DNA of 63,870 nt, filler included, from Octopus bimaculoides (taxonomy: Eukaryota): the NCBI RefSeq assembly GCF_001194135.2. It is 8 parts of 8 records of this genome, joined end to end, with 100 filler letters (N's around TTAATTAATTAA, not from the genome) between each part and the next. Parts side by side here need not be neighbours in the genome. Positions count along the whole stretch, not along the records: positions 32,692 to 41,135 come from NC_068999.1; positions 41,236 to 58,472 come from NC_068984.1; 6 more parts are not named here. One strand, given 5' to 3'. The translations under genes were made by a program, and so were the position numbers. Position 1 is the first letter of the stretch. Every line of letters starts with the position of its first letter. Shown piece after piece: positions 37,799 to 50,192 of this stretch. Under the pieces are notes generated by a model. The model had not been told where the DNA came from, did not search any database, and saw only the letters and a list, made by a program, of their open reading frames with translations.

Positions 37799-39576
37799 CG
37801 TGTCTGTTTTGGCTCTTAAAGGAGTTAGTTTTTTTGTTTTTTTATTAGAGTCTGCTTGTGTCTGCTGATATCTAAAAACGCGCATGCAGAAATATAATCA
37901 AAGCACCTATCAATATTCTGCTAGATTCATTAGATGTTATACCAACACCGATGCTAAATTACAATAAGTATAAGTAGCAGAATCATTTTATTATATTTGA
38001 TGAAAATACATAAATAGGCATAGGTATATACCATTTATACAACACAACTGAACGCAATTTAACAAATTTATGTCATGAATTCGTTCAAAATACGATAATA
38101 CAAAATTACTTTAAAATATTTTGTTTCGCTAAAAATATGTAAAAGTATATGAATATAAATTGACACACAAATAGACAGAGAAGGAGACGGACTCACACAA
38201 ACACAATTACAGACACACATACACACATACGATGAGCGCACACATCCTCGCACTCACGCCTGTACACACATATCTACATGTATGTATGTGTTTATGGATG
38301 TATTTGCGTATGTTTCTGTGTATGTATTAGAAAATGTTATGTGTGCATGCATAGAAAAGCATATAGATTTGTACGTGCATTTATATATGTGCATGTATAT
38401 ATGTATATATGAATATATGTCTCTTTGTATGCATGTATATGTGTGTCTGTGTAATATATACTTATATTTGTCGGAGGTGCACGTGTGCGTGTGAATGCAT
38501 GTATATATGATGTATAAATATTAATACATATATATGTTGATATATATTGTTTCAGTCATCTATCTTATCTACCTATCTGTCTATCTTTCTTTCTTTCTTT
38601 CTCTCTATATATATCTATCTATCTGTTTTAATATATGGTTCTATATAATTATGTATATATGCATCACTCCCTAAATATATGTGCGTGTGTATATGCTTAT
38701 GGAAACACGTATGCGTGCGTGTGTGTATGTGTATATATATATATATGTNNNNNNNNNNNNNNNNNNNNNNNNNNNNNNNNNNNNNNNNNNNNNNNNNNNN
38801 NNNNNNNNNNNNNNNNNNNNNNNNNNNNNNNNNNNNNNNNNNNNNNNNNNNNNNNNNNNNNNNNNNNNNNNNNNNNNNNNNNNNNNNNNNNNNNNNNNNN
38901 NNNNNNNNNNNNNNNNNNNNNNNNNNNNNNNNNNNNNNNNNNNNNNNNNNNNNNNNNNNNNNNNNNNNNNNNNNNNNNNNNNNNNNNNNNNNNNNNNNNN
39001 NNNNNNNNNNNNNNNNNNNNNNNNNNNNNNNNNNNNNNNNNNNNNNNNNNNNNNNNNNNNNNNNNNNNNNNNNNNNNNNNNNNNNNNNNNNNNNNNNNNN
39101 NNNNNNNNNNNNNNNNNNNNNNNNNNNNNNNNNNNNNNNNNNNNNNNNNNNNNNNNNNNNNNNNNNNNNNNNNNNNNNNNNNNNNNNNNNNNNNNNNNNN
39201 NNNNNNNNNNNNNNNNNNNNNNNNNNNNNNNNNNNNNNNNNNNNNNNNNNNNNNNNNNNNNNNNNNNNNNNNNNNNNNNNNNNNNNNNNNNNNNNNNNNN
39301 NNNNNNNNNNNNNNNNNNNNNNNNNNNNNNNNNNNNNNNNNNNNNNNNNNNNNNNNNNNNNNNNNNNNNNNNNNNNNNNNNNNNNNNNNNNNNNNNNNNN
39401 NNNNNNNNNNNNNNNNNNNNNNNNNNNNNNNNNNNNNNNNNNNNNNNNNNNNNNNNNNNNNNNNNNNNNNNNNNNNNNNNNNNNNNNNNNNNNNNNNNNN
39501 NNNNNNNNNNNNNNNNNNNNNNNNNNNNNNNNNNNNNNNNNNNNNNNNNNNNNNNNNNNNNNNNNNNNNNNNNNNN

Positions 39577-39849
39577 NCAACGGAATTTGAACTCAGAACG
39601 TAAGGGCAGACGAACATCATAATAATAATAATGATAATAATCGTTTGTACTATAGGCACTACGCCTGAAATTTCGTAAGAGGGAGCGAGTCGATTTTATC
39701 GATCTCAGTGTTTCATTGGTAATTAATTTATCGACTCCGAAAGGATGAAAGACAAAGTCGATCTCGCCGGAATTTGAACTCAGAACGTAGCGCAAAGCAT
39801 TTCGTCCTTCGTGCCAAAGATTCTGCTAGTTCGCCGCCTTAATAATATC

Positions 39850-39899
<50 letters not shown>

Positions 39900-40056
39900 T
39901 AATAATAATAATAATAATAAAAATAATCATGATGATGATGATAATAATGATAGTAATAATAATGATAGTAATAATAATGATGATGATGATGATGATGACG
40001 ATAATAATAATGATAATGATGAGGATGCTGAGGATGATAATAATAATAACAATATT

Positions 40057-40136
<80 letters not shown>

Positions 40137-40565
40137 ACAAAAACAGAGCAACAGCAGTCTTTTCTAATATAGGCATAAAGTGTGTAATTTTTGGGGAGGG
40201 AAGTTATCGAATACAGCCAACGCAGTACACAACTGGTACTTATTTTATGGATTCCTTGTCGGAATTTGATCCCAGAACGTAACGACAGACGAAATTCCGC
40301 AAAGGATTTCGCCCGTCATGCTAACGATTCTGCCAGCTCGCCGCCTTAGAAATGGTAATAATAATGGTTTCAAATTTTGCCAGAACTTGGAAGGGTTGGG
40401 TCGATTATATCGACCCTTGTCTTCAACAGGTACTTATTTATCGACCCCGAAAATGCTGAAAGGCAAAGTCGACCTCGGAGGAGTTTGAACATAGAACCTA
40501 ACAACAGGCGAAATACTGCTAAGCATTTCGTCTAGCGAGCTATAGATTCCGGCAGCTTAGCGCTT
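39577..40565 (-). mobile_element. Cluster of four same-orientation SINE family C copies separated by (AAT)/(GAT) microsatellites
   Basis: ggaatttgaactcagaacgta at ~39582, ~39770, ~40260 and ~40480; heads cgccgcctt at ~39832 and ~40340. Confidence 0.8.
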
Positions 40566-40702
40566 CAGTAGCGATAATAGTAATTATACATTGATAATGA
40601 TAATGGTGATAAAGATAATGATAATAACGACGCAGACGACGACAATGATGATAATGATAATTATTTCTTTTATAAAAAATATACAAAAAGACATGTTTGT
40701 GA

Positions 40703-40736
<34 letters not shown>

Positions 40737-41100
40737 TTAAGTTTATAAGCGTGCCTCTGTGTGATTAAAGAGGTATTTACATAGGTCTATTGAAAGTTTT
40801 TTAACATGTGTAACTTCCGAACACAGAAAGAAGAATATCATGTTAAACGAAATATAATACGTAGAACCCGTTTTATAAATATTATTATCTCCCTTTCCAT
40901 ATGTGGTGCATATGCTGTATATGTTGCAACTAACTGTATAAGATACTGGGCGGTGCGTTCGTCGGTGCTTACTTTCAAAGCAGGTGTTGACAACAGTCCG
41001 AAGAAGCTATCTAACAGTATATCTCTAAACCTAACTAAATTTCCATCCATCCATCCATGTCTCCTTACATGCATGCATACATATCTATCTATCTATTTAT

Positions 41101-41135
<35 letters not shown>

Positions 41136-41516
41136 NNNNNNNNNNNNNNNNNNNNNNNNNNNNNNNNNNNNNNNNNNNNTTAATTAATTAANNNNNNNNN
41201 NNNNNNNNNNNNNNNNNNNNNNNNNNNNNNNNNNNTTTTTAGAGACACTTTCAAATTTATCAGAATATTTGGGCTGAAGATTGGAATAGTGAAGTTTTCG
41301 TTCGCTTAACCATGAAACGATTCGTACCCAATTAACTAAAGGCTTGTTTTGTTTGTGTTTTTCCCTCCGGTTTTTTGTTCTATGTGTGCCATAGGTATCG
41401 CCATCCATTTTAGAGAAAAATTTGTAGTTTAGAATCAGTAGTTCTTTGACTGCTGTTTCTGAATTTTCAGTATGTTGGAGAAGCAACTCAATTGCTAATC
41501 CCTTATATTTATGATG

Positions 41517-41554
<38 letters not shown>

Positions 41555-41611
41555 TAAAAAGTTTTATTTAATTATCATGAATTTGCTCTTCAATTTTACT
41601 TTAAAATTTAG

Positions 41612-41722
41612 AGATTTAACGAATCTTTAGAAGGCCTACCTGAAAGAAGCTGGTTGACTCTGACTAATTCCTTGCAAGCTACCAGCCCAGAGGATCCGAA
41701 AAAGAAGCAAATTTCTAAAAAG
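41612..41722 (+). CDS. TUBGCP2: TUBGCP2 (GCP2) internal coding exon, RFNESLEGLPERSWLTLTNSLQATSPEDPKKKQISKK
   Basis: Acceptor ttttactttaaaatttAG, donor AAG|GTattt, 111 nt, phase 0-0, open frame. Position corresponds to the variable linker starting KFTQSM in human GCP2 (recalled); splices in frame to the next exon. Confidence 0.75.
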
Positions 41723-42004
41723 GTATTTGTGTTTCTCTTTCTTTTTAATATTGTCCATTATTCTTAGAAGATTGTTTGTTAGGAAGTGGAATTAAGTTAG
41801 CATGCTGCTAGGAAGAGGAGAAATCTGATGTTTTGGACTTTGGACTGAGCCTTTCTGAGGAATGAGTAATTACTACAACCAATGTCAAATAACATAGGGA
41901 ATTGTATATGAACTGAAGCATGGGAGTGGGAGATAAATAATTGGTTGCTGCTGTTATTATAGAAAGTGAAATTAAATTCATCATCATCACTATCATCTTC
42001 ATCA

Positions 42005-42470
42005 TCATCATCATTTGATGTCTGTTATCTATGCTGGCATGGGTTGGACAGTTTGACAGGAGCTGGCCAGCTCTTCTCCATGTCTGTTTTGGTATGGTTT
42101 CTATGGTTGGATGCCCTTCGTAATGCCAATCACTTTACTGAGTGAACTGGGTGCTTTAATGCAGCACTGGCACAGGAGCTCTTATGTGGCACTGGCACGG
42201 GTGCTGTTTATGTGGTAACAGCACCCACAAGCCTTGTAGATTAGGATCACTCAGCCGAAGAGGAATGTAAGGGACATGCCTATTTGCCAGGACAACCATG
42301 ATTTTACTTTAACTTGACATGTCTTCTTAAGCACAACAAACTGCAAGAAGTCTTAGTCCCTTGTCACCTCTCTGTAAGGCTCAACATCTGAAGATTCTTT
42401 CTCACCACTTTATGCCACATCTTCCTGGGTCTACCCCTTCTACACATTCCTTCCACAATTAGGAGAGGAG
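42005..42470 (-). mobile_element. RTE LINE 3' end (ORF terminus + family D 3'UTR), intronic
   Basis: VEGMCRRGRPRKMWHKVVRKNLQMLSL in ORF 42364-42621 continues into the family D sequence and (GAT)n tail. Confidence 0.8.
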
Positions 42471-44126
42471 AAACTAGTAGTGTCAGTGTTAAATGAAAAA
42501 GATGGTCAATGAGTGAAGAATTAGGATGGGAGAAATGAACTGAGAACTGAGTGAAGAACAAGTGAAAGAGGGGTGAAGGAGGAGGATGAAAGAAAAAGCA
42601 ATATGGTAGGAATATTGTCAAAGAAAGAAGTAATATAATTTTTCAGAGTTTGGTAATATTGTTTACAGTCATGCAAATAATTAGACACCGTGGCAACTAA
42701 TCTGTTGAACCTTTTCTATGTGTCCAAGTCAAATAGAATAAGAGATAGTCATTAATATCTATGAGTATGGACACGTCTAAAGTAAAAATGAGGTTTGTTT
42801 GTTCCCTTGTGTTTTGTGAGTGCCACAAGAGTTGAAGTGCAAGGTGATTCCACAGAAAGAGCTTCTGGTTTGGAAAGTGCTTGTGTATTATTCCAAGCAT
42901 TGAAGAAGTGTTTGCACAGAAGTGATTGTCTAGATGGCAGTTGGTTTCTCTTATGTATTAGGGATTTATAAAGTTTACAAATGATGCAGTTGTTGTTTTG
43001 CGTCAAGTCAGCCCTGATTGTAAAAGCAAATGATAGTAAAAGCATTCTAACCATGACTGTCCAGTGTTCTTGTATACATAGGACTATATTATCTAATATG
43101 TCCTCCTGTTGTTTTTTTTTTATGATGGTAGTAATTTGAAGGGATTTGGCTGCTATTTCTAGCAGGTCAAGCATGCACATGGAAATTTTTCTTCATTGGC
43201 TGGAAGTGGTGCCATAAATTAGTTTATCGGATCTGCAGTCAAAGTGATTGGTGATTTGAGATTTAGTTTTAAAGTTGGTTCAGATAGTACTATTGGAGAT
43301 GGGAGGACAAGTGTAGCTTGTGAAACAGAGACATTTAGACATTTAAAAGTGTGTCATAAGTTGGAAAGGAGCTTCAAATTAAAAGTTTGAGCAAGTTTTT
43401 TTGAAAGAGAGGAGGGACAAATTGCGGAAGATTGGTGCAGTTTGAGGGTCGAAGAAAATTAAGTGATACTTGTGAATGATAGTTTATTGAATTCTAGATC
43501 ATCATCAACATTTAATGTCTGTTTTCCATGCTGGTTTGGGTTGGATTGTTTGACCTGAGATGGCAAGCCAGAGAGCCGCACCAGGTTCCCAGTCAGGTTT
43601 AGCTTGGTTTCTACAGCTGGATGCACTTCCTAACACCAACTGCTTTACAGTGTGTGCTGGGTATTTGTAATGTGGCACTGACACAGGACTCTTGTCGGCC
43701 AATCCTTTTCACTGGGAGAGTGGCCTTAGCACTTCTGCTGTTGAGACCGGGTCTTCTTGAGTAGGACGGGTTAGTGTACAAAATGAAGTGGGTGTGTATC
43801 CACAGAGAATAAAATCTTATTCTTGTGGTCATTGATATAATGATCATACTGTTCTGGGATGGGACTGGTTAAGTGGGCAAAGATTTCTTCTCTTGTTCAC
43901 AACATACAAAATTATTCCATTCCATAAACTTCTTGTCTATATTATTTGCCAAGGTAGACATTCTTTAGATCCCTTAGATTCTGAGTCATTATGTTTTTCT
44001 TGCACTACTGTAGAATGCTAGAATACCATAACATTTACATTACTTGAAGTGAACGTTTGACAAAAGTTTGATATTAGTTGTAACACTATCATATGTTTGT
44101 CTTTATTTTATCCTTTTACTCATTAG

Positions 44127-44278
44127 GTTGTTGCTGAAGCTATGACTGATGAATCAACTGAACACCTTGGTACTGTGATATCAATGTTTGAAAGTAACTT
44201 CAACAAGTTGCTCATGGAATTATTAGAAAAAATGGCTTATATGATCCATGGTAATGGTGAACAAGCACTCCTTTGCAG
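44127..44278 (+). CDS. TUBGCP2: TUBGCP2 coding exon, VVAEAMTDESTEHLGTVISMFESNFNKLLMELLEKMAYMIHGNGEQALLC(R)
   Basis: Acceptor tttatccttttactcattAG, donor CAG|GTctgt, 152 nt, phase 0-2. Aligns by eye with human GCP2 FEATINKFDKNFSAHLLDLLARLSIY (GRIP2 C-terminal helix, recalled). Confidence 0.88.
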
Positions 44279-44669
44279 GTCTGTACTGTTGTAATTATAT
44301 TTTCTTTTTGTGTTGTTTGTTGTTTACTTAGCTACTTTTTCAAGAACTTATAGGCTTAGTTAATAGCTCTATTTGATTTTGATAACCATTCACCATAGTC
44401 TCTAAGCACATTAAGGCAATAATGATTGTAGTAAATGAATAGTTTTTAAAAAGAAAATATGGTAACTTTTTAAACATCATACAATTTTGTTCTGAAATTT
44501 TTAAGAAACAAAATTTACTTTTCAAGTTAAAGTTTAAATTGCAAAATATTTAATCTCTACTGTTTTCTTAGTAGTTTTACTTGAAATATTGCACTTGTAG
44601 TTCCATATCTTTCTAAAAATGAAACTACATCTTAGCTACTTGATTCAACAAGTTTATTCTTCAGCAATT

Positions 44670-45906
44670 ACAAGATTTAACTGAAAAGTTCATAGGCTGA
44701 CCAAGATACACTCATGGAATGTGACCAAATGAGGTTTATTTTTCAATCCATACACTTCTTCCATCAGTGTTGCATTTCTTGTATCCCATTGGTGAAGAAG
44801 CTTTCATCCTGTTGATCAAAAAAGTCAACAACAACAGATATGATGTCATCATTGCAATACTGGTTCCCAGCCAAGTGTTTTCTCATGTTAAAGAATAGAT
44901 GATAGTCAGATGGGGCCAAATCAGGAGAATAGGAAGTCTGAGCAACCAGCTCAAAGCCACATCAGTCATTGAAACCAAGGACTTATGTGCTGGATCATTG
45001 TATGCTGATGAAACAAAACACTTTTCATCAGTTTTCCTAATTGTTTGGTCTTGATAGCTTTGCATAACTGCCTCAGTAAGTTGGCATATTACTCTCCATT
45101 GATGTTAATAAACACAATGCCTTTTGCATCCCCCAAAAAACTGAGGCTATCACCTTCCCTGCAGATGAAACTACCTTGGCTTTCTTTGGAGCAGGTGAGG
45201 AGGGGTATCTCTACTGCATAGATTGTTTCTTTGTCTCTGGCTCAAAGTAATGACCCAAACACTCATACTAGGTTAGTAAACATTCAAAGAAACCATCAGG
45301 ATTTGCATCAAGCTATGTCAAATTTTCTTGTGATTGATCAGCCTGGTGTGCTTATGTTCAGGTGTCAGAAAACATGGCACCCACCAAGCAGAAACTTTCA
45401 TTATACTGAGTTCATTGTGCAGAATAGCCTCAAGTCTCTCATGGGATATACTGATAGTATTGGCTATTTGATTTATGGTCAGTTGCCTGTCATCCATCAC
45501 CATGTGGTGGACACCAAGTTATCCTCAGTGGTAGCAGTTGCAGGATGTCCAGACCTTGAGTCATCTTCGCTTTCCCTTCCCCTCCTGAATTCAGCTACCC
45601 ACTTTTGCACTGTTGATAAAGCTGGAGTGTCATCCCCTAACGTAGTAAGCATGTCAACATGAATGTTGTTGGGGGTTAAACCTTTTTTTCTGTATTACTT
45701 GATAACATCACAATGTCAAATTTAAACTATTTTCAATAGAAATTACTTCTAGTTACTTTTGAAGTCTTCTTTGAACAGTCAGATATCAGTTTACTTGGAA
45801 AGAAACAATGCAGTTATTAATAAGAGTTGAAATTAATGCATGCAAGCTTTCACATCTCTTGCATCACTCTTTCATAGTCAGCCTATGAACTTTTCAGCCC
45901 ACCTTT
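44670..45906 (-). mobile_element. Near full-length, heavily decayed mariner in a TUBGCP2 intron
   Basis: TIR core ctgaaaagttcataggctgac at 44681 and rc at 45877-45897. Motifs DDRQLTINQIA, VSAWWVP, YFEPETKKQSM, AGKVIASVF, DPAHKS and (A)PSDYHLF (D,D34D layout). Confidence 0.88.
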
Positions 45907-46034
45907 ATTCTCTTCTCTTGTATATCTCCTTTTTCATGGCTGCAGTTTATAATGTTGTAAATAAAAAAATAACAACACATAGCAGCACATGTATTCTACT
46001 GTTTCTATCAGATGTGTATATTCTTCTTTTCTAG

Positions 46035-46096
46035 GCTTGACTTTAATGGATTTTATGCAAAAAACTGCTCATCGTTTGGGAAGTTATTAAGTGCAG
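46035..46096 (+). CDS. TUBGCP2: TUBGCP2 coding exon, (R)LDFNGFYAKNCSSFGKLLSA
   Basis: Acceptor ttcttcttttctAG, donor CAG|GTaatt, 62 nt, phase 2-1. Completes RLDFNGFY, as in GCP2 (GCP3 has RLDFNEHY). Confidence 0.9.
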
Positions 46097-46837
46097 GTAA
46101 TTATTATTTCTGTTCATATAATCAATTGGCTATCAAAAAATAATTGTAATCTCTGGAAATAATAATACTGTCATTCATAGGTGATAATAAACAACATATG
46201 ACATGTTTGTAATTAAAACAACTGACGTATACACAGGTATAACATGGCACACATTTTTCGTGTGATGTGACTGCCGTTGTTATGGTGTCATTTCTAGTAA
46301 TGATTCTCTTATATATTTGTATTAAACATTTGCCAATGCAGACCCTCTCAAATTCTGCTGCTTTACTATGTTCTTAGACTATTGTAGAACACTAGAATTA
46401 AAGACCGTAACAGCTGCATGACTTTAAGCAAACATTTGACAAAATTTTGAATCAGTGTTTTCATTCTTAACAATTATAATTTTCAAGTGTTTTCATATTT
46501 TCTGATTAATGTTTGTGTAAATGAATAACTACAATATAGATTTGCCAGTATTTCTTAGCAAAATGTTAAATTTGATATCTGTGAGGAATGAAAAGTCTAA
46601 TATTTGGACGGTTACACCTTCAATCTTTCCATTAGTCTGTAAGCCATTGTCATCTTGTGGAATGTAAGTGTTTAACTTGTGTTGTTGTTATATATTACTT
46701 ATATATATATAAGGCAGTAGATTGACTGAATTGTTAGAGACCTGGATAAAATACCTTGCCTTATTTATTCCAACTCTTTACATTCTGGGTTCAAACTCTA
46801 CTGTGAACAACTTCGCCTTTCATCCTCCTGTGATTAA

Positions 46838-47048
46838 GTCTTTAGCATTCAAGTTATTTTGTCAAATGTAATGCTTATTTATTCACATTGTTTTAAATTA
46901 ATTATCCCGCAGCTTTGAAATTTCGATGATGTGATTGTTTATTTGTAGGAGGACATTGTAGGGTAGGTATGAGAGGCTGGACCTTCCAGTTTGAACATAA
47001 AACGGGTGGAATATTTGAGCTTGACATAACCAGTTTAATGCTAAAGAG
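46838..47048. mobile_element. piggyBac-type MITE (TTAA TSD) inserted into a SINE C copy
   Basis: TTAA-gtctttagcatt...aatgctaaagag-TTAA; SINE C halves at ~46712-46833 and ~47053-47150. Confidence 0.72.
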
Positions 47049-47835
47049 TTAATCAAATAAACTACTAGTCAAGTACTGGGGTTGATCTAATCAGCCAACT
47101 CCTCCAACAAATTTCTGGTTTTGTACCTGTGTACAAAATCATTATATTCTACTTATATAACCGGTTGTTTATTTATGAGATACTGGATTGTTGTTCAGGT
47201 GCAGTACTGTTGTTCTTCAATCACTAGAACCTGCTGTATTCTAGTTATATTAATTCATTACCATTATTAGTTGGTGTACATTGTTCTCTTTGGCGCTTGT
47301 ATTTCTCAAGATATTAGTAGTAGTCATACATAAATCATCATCATCATTGTCATTTAGCATCCATTTTCCATGTTAGCATGGATTAGATGATTTGACTGGA
47401 GGTGCTAAGTTGGAGAGCTGCACCAGGCTCCAGTCTATTTTGTCTTAGTTTCTACAGCTGGATGCCCTTCCTAACACCAACCACTCCACAGAGTGTACTA
47501 GGTGCCTTTCACATTTCACCAGCATGGGTGCCTTCTATGGGTGCTTTCACATGTCACCTGCACTGGCCACAACTATGATTTCACTTAACTTGACATATTT
47601 TCTCAGTCAAAAATCTCAGTCATTTGTCACTTCCTACTCCTACAAATAATGTTATAATAATGGCATTTTGATATTTTTAATAAATGATAGTGTAACTGCT
47701 GAAAATAATTTTCAGTAGGCGAATTAATTTGTTGAAGAACACAATATCAATATATATTCATGGAAAATTTTTGGTTTGTGCTTATGAGAAAAGAACTGTA
47801 TATTTCAGATGCTGATGAAATAGTGAAATTAATTA

Positions 47836-48058
47836 CAGTAATTCCTCGCCATATTACGGTTCACCTATCGTGGTTTATTATTTAAGCCTATGTTGATTCC
47901 TCTGTGGTGTTGTTTTGCATTTATAATAAAATAAATATATACAAGTTATAAAAATAATAAAAATAAGTATACAGCACAGTACTGTTTCTACTTCATGGAT
48001 TTTCACCTATCACAGGGAGTTTTGAAACATAACACCTGTGATAGTTGAATGATTACTG
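47836..48058. mobile_element. Tigger/pogo-type MITE
   Basis: TA-cagtaattcctcgcc...gaatgattactg-TA; internal cacctatc repeats. Confidence 0.65.
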
Positions 48059-48318
48059 TATGTTTTTGTTGATAGCTACTTGATAATTTTAGTGATTACT
48101 ATAAATGACATATGATTAGATATAAAATTCATGCCTTTCTTTTGAGCATTACAAATAAAATTAAAATATGGTCATAATCTGGGGATGAGATTAAAGGGCT
48201 CAGCTGTATGGACACTGTTGATTTAGCATGGCTAACTGGACATTGAACTTGTTTTGCTGTTTTGGTAACAACACGTTTTGGCTCTGGAGAGAAATGTAAT
48301 CATAGAGAGAAACATTAT

Positions 48319-48720
48319 CATCATCATCGTTTAACGTCCGCTTTCCATGCTAGCATGGGTTGGACGATTTGACTGAGGACTGGTGAAACCGGATGGCAAC
48401 ACCAGGCTCCAGTCTGATTTGGCAGAGTTTCTACAGCTGGATGCCCTTCCTAACGCCAACCACTCAGAGAGTGTAGTGGGTGCTTTTACGTGTCACCCGC
48501 ACGAAAACGGCCACGCTCGAAATGGTGTCTTTTATGTGCCACCCGCACAAGCCAGTCCAGGGGCACTGGCAACGATCTCGCTCAAAAATCCTACAGGAGC
48601 CAGTCAGGCGGTACTGGCAACGGCCACGCTCAAAATGGTGCATCTCATGTGCCACCCGCACAAGAACCAGTCCAGGGGCACTGGCAACGATCTTACTTGG
48701 CTTGCCGGGTCTTCTCACGC
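48319..48720 (-). mobile_element. Young, CpG-rich family D copy with internal tandem subrepeats
   Basis: Matches 12882-13153 closely; modules gtgccacccgcacaag..ccagtccaggggcactggcaacgatct and cggccacgctc..aatggtg repeated 2-3 times. Confidence 0.85.
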
Positions 48721-48866
48721 ACAGCCCATTTCCATTTATTAATTGAAACCGACTGACATAAACACTTTCCCTTCTCCTTATACGCATAAAAAGAAATATG
48801 CTTACACACATACACAGAGAAACATTAAAAGTATTTAAATGATTCTGACAGTTACAAATGTGTGCA

Positions 48867-48903
<37 letters not shown>

Positions 48904-49390
48904 TGTGTTTGTAGCCATCAGTAATTTATTGTTGCTTCTCTCTCTCTCTCTCTCTGATTTTTCTGCTCACAGCATCAAAATTTTAATTTGCTCTTAGTTT
49001 CCACATTTCATCAATATTTTACTAGCCATCATATGCATAGAGTAAGGCAGAAAGTTAAATGAAGTTTAATAGTTGAGTTGTCTAGTAGTTGTGATTAGGA
49101 ATTTGTCAACTAAAATTAGAACAAACTTTTCACAGTGACAAAAGATCTTGGAAATAAACTGATGTCCTGATGTCTAATTAGTCAGTGTTCAATCAGTAAC
49201 ACCAAATAGGTAACACCAAAAGGGCTGTGCCAAAACATCTCATACCTTCATAATCTTTACACAGTGGATGCATAATGCTAACTTTATGTTGTTTGTTGCA
49301 TAAATGTTCCTTCTTTCCTTGACTTTCAATTCAACTCCTAATGAAGTTGTAGGGGTACCATCACATGCTATTTCAGACATTAGTCTAAAC

Positions 49391-49755
49391 CAGTGGTCCT
49401 CAATCATTTTTTGCCTATGGATCCCTTTGATTCCTATTTTACTCTCCTTGATCTCCATAGCTATTTGATGTATATAAAAGAAAATCCTGCTATATTTTTA
49501 TAATTAAATATTAGGAATTGTATAAAAAAAATCTTTAAAGATTTTCGGTATTGTACAGGGTGTTCACAAAGTCTGGGTACATGGAGTAAATAAAATCATA
49601 ACATAAACAATTAAATATAAGAATAATAATTTCTTAAAGTATGTGTTAATCCCCATGTACCCAGACTTTGTGGACATCCTGTAGAAGTATAAGCAATTTA
49701 TTGTACATAAATTTCAATAGGAAATTCTTATATGGACCCCGGTTGAAAACCACTG
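49391..49755. mobile_element. hAT (Charlie-like) MITE
   Basis: TIRs cagtggtcctcaatc and ggttgaaaaccactg; left flank gtctaaac fits the NTCTARAN target; right TSD not preserved. Confidence 0.6.
49556..49681. mobile_element. 126-bp Tc1/mariner MITE nested in the hAT MITE
   Basis: TA-cagggtgttcacaaagtctgggtacatgg ... ccatgtacccagactttgtggacatcctg-TA; 29-bp TIRs with 2 mismatches. Confidence 0.88.
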
Positions 49756-50091
49756 TATTATATGTTGTTGTTTAGTCCAAGGTCAGCCTTGTTTGAGTAA
49801 ATTTATGATGAAAGGTGTTTCAACCATAACCATCCTGTCTTATTAACAGTACCTAAGACTTCATTAAACTTTCTTTTTCCATTTTAAAAACTATATTATT
49901 TGAACAAGATATGGTTGCTATATCTAGCAGATTGTGCAACCATGTTGGAGGCTCGCTTACTGGTTTATGTATGTATTGTTGTATGTTATCCTTTAATGAA
50001 ATATGTTATATTTCATCCTTTTAAGTTTGACTAAAGTACATTTTTTCTGAAACAGATTTGTGTTTACTAATTTGATTTTCTACTTTTACAG

Positions 50092-50192
50092 ATGGCACAT
50101 TGTCTTCTGAAAGGAGTGGACCCTCCCAAAGAATGGGTAATTCAGAAAAAAACAATTTCCCTGGTCTTTCTAGTCCTAATTTCTCTCTATAA
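50092..50192 (+). CDS. TUBGCP2: TUBGCP2 probable terminal coding exon, (D)GTLSSERSGPSQRMGNSEKNNFPGLSSPNFSL*
   Basis: Branch-like tactaat, pyrimidine tract and acAG at 50091. Phase 1 matches the previous donor; LSSERS resembles human LSAERS; TAA at 50190-50192. Confidence 0.72.

Noticed and set aside
40838-41074. - strand ORF with GTAAGC donor (RDILLDSFFGLLSTPALK)
   Set aside because: Acceptor is weak and starts in a microsatellite; no homology recognised.
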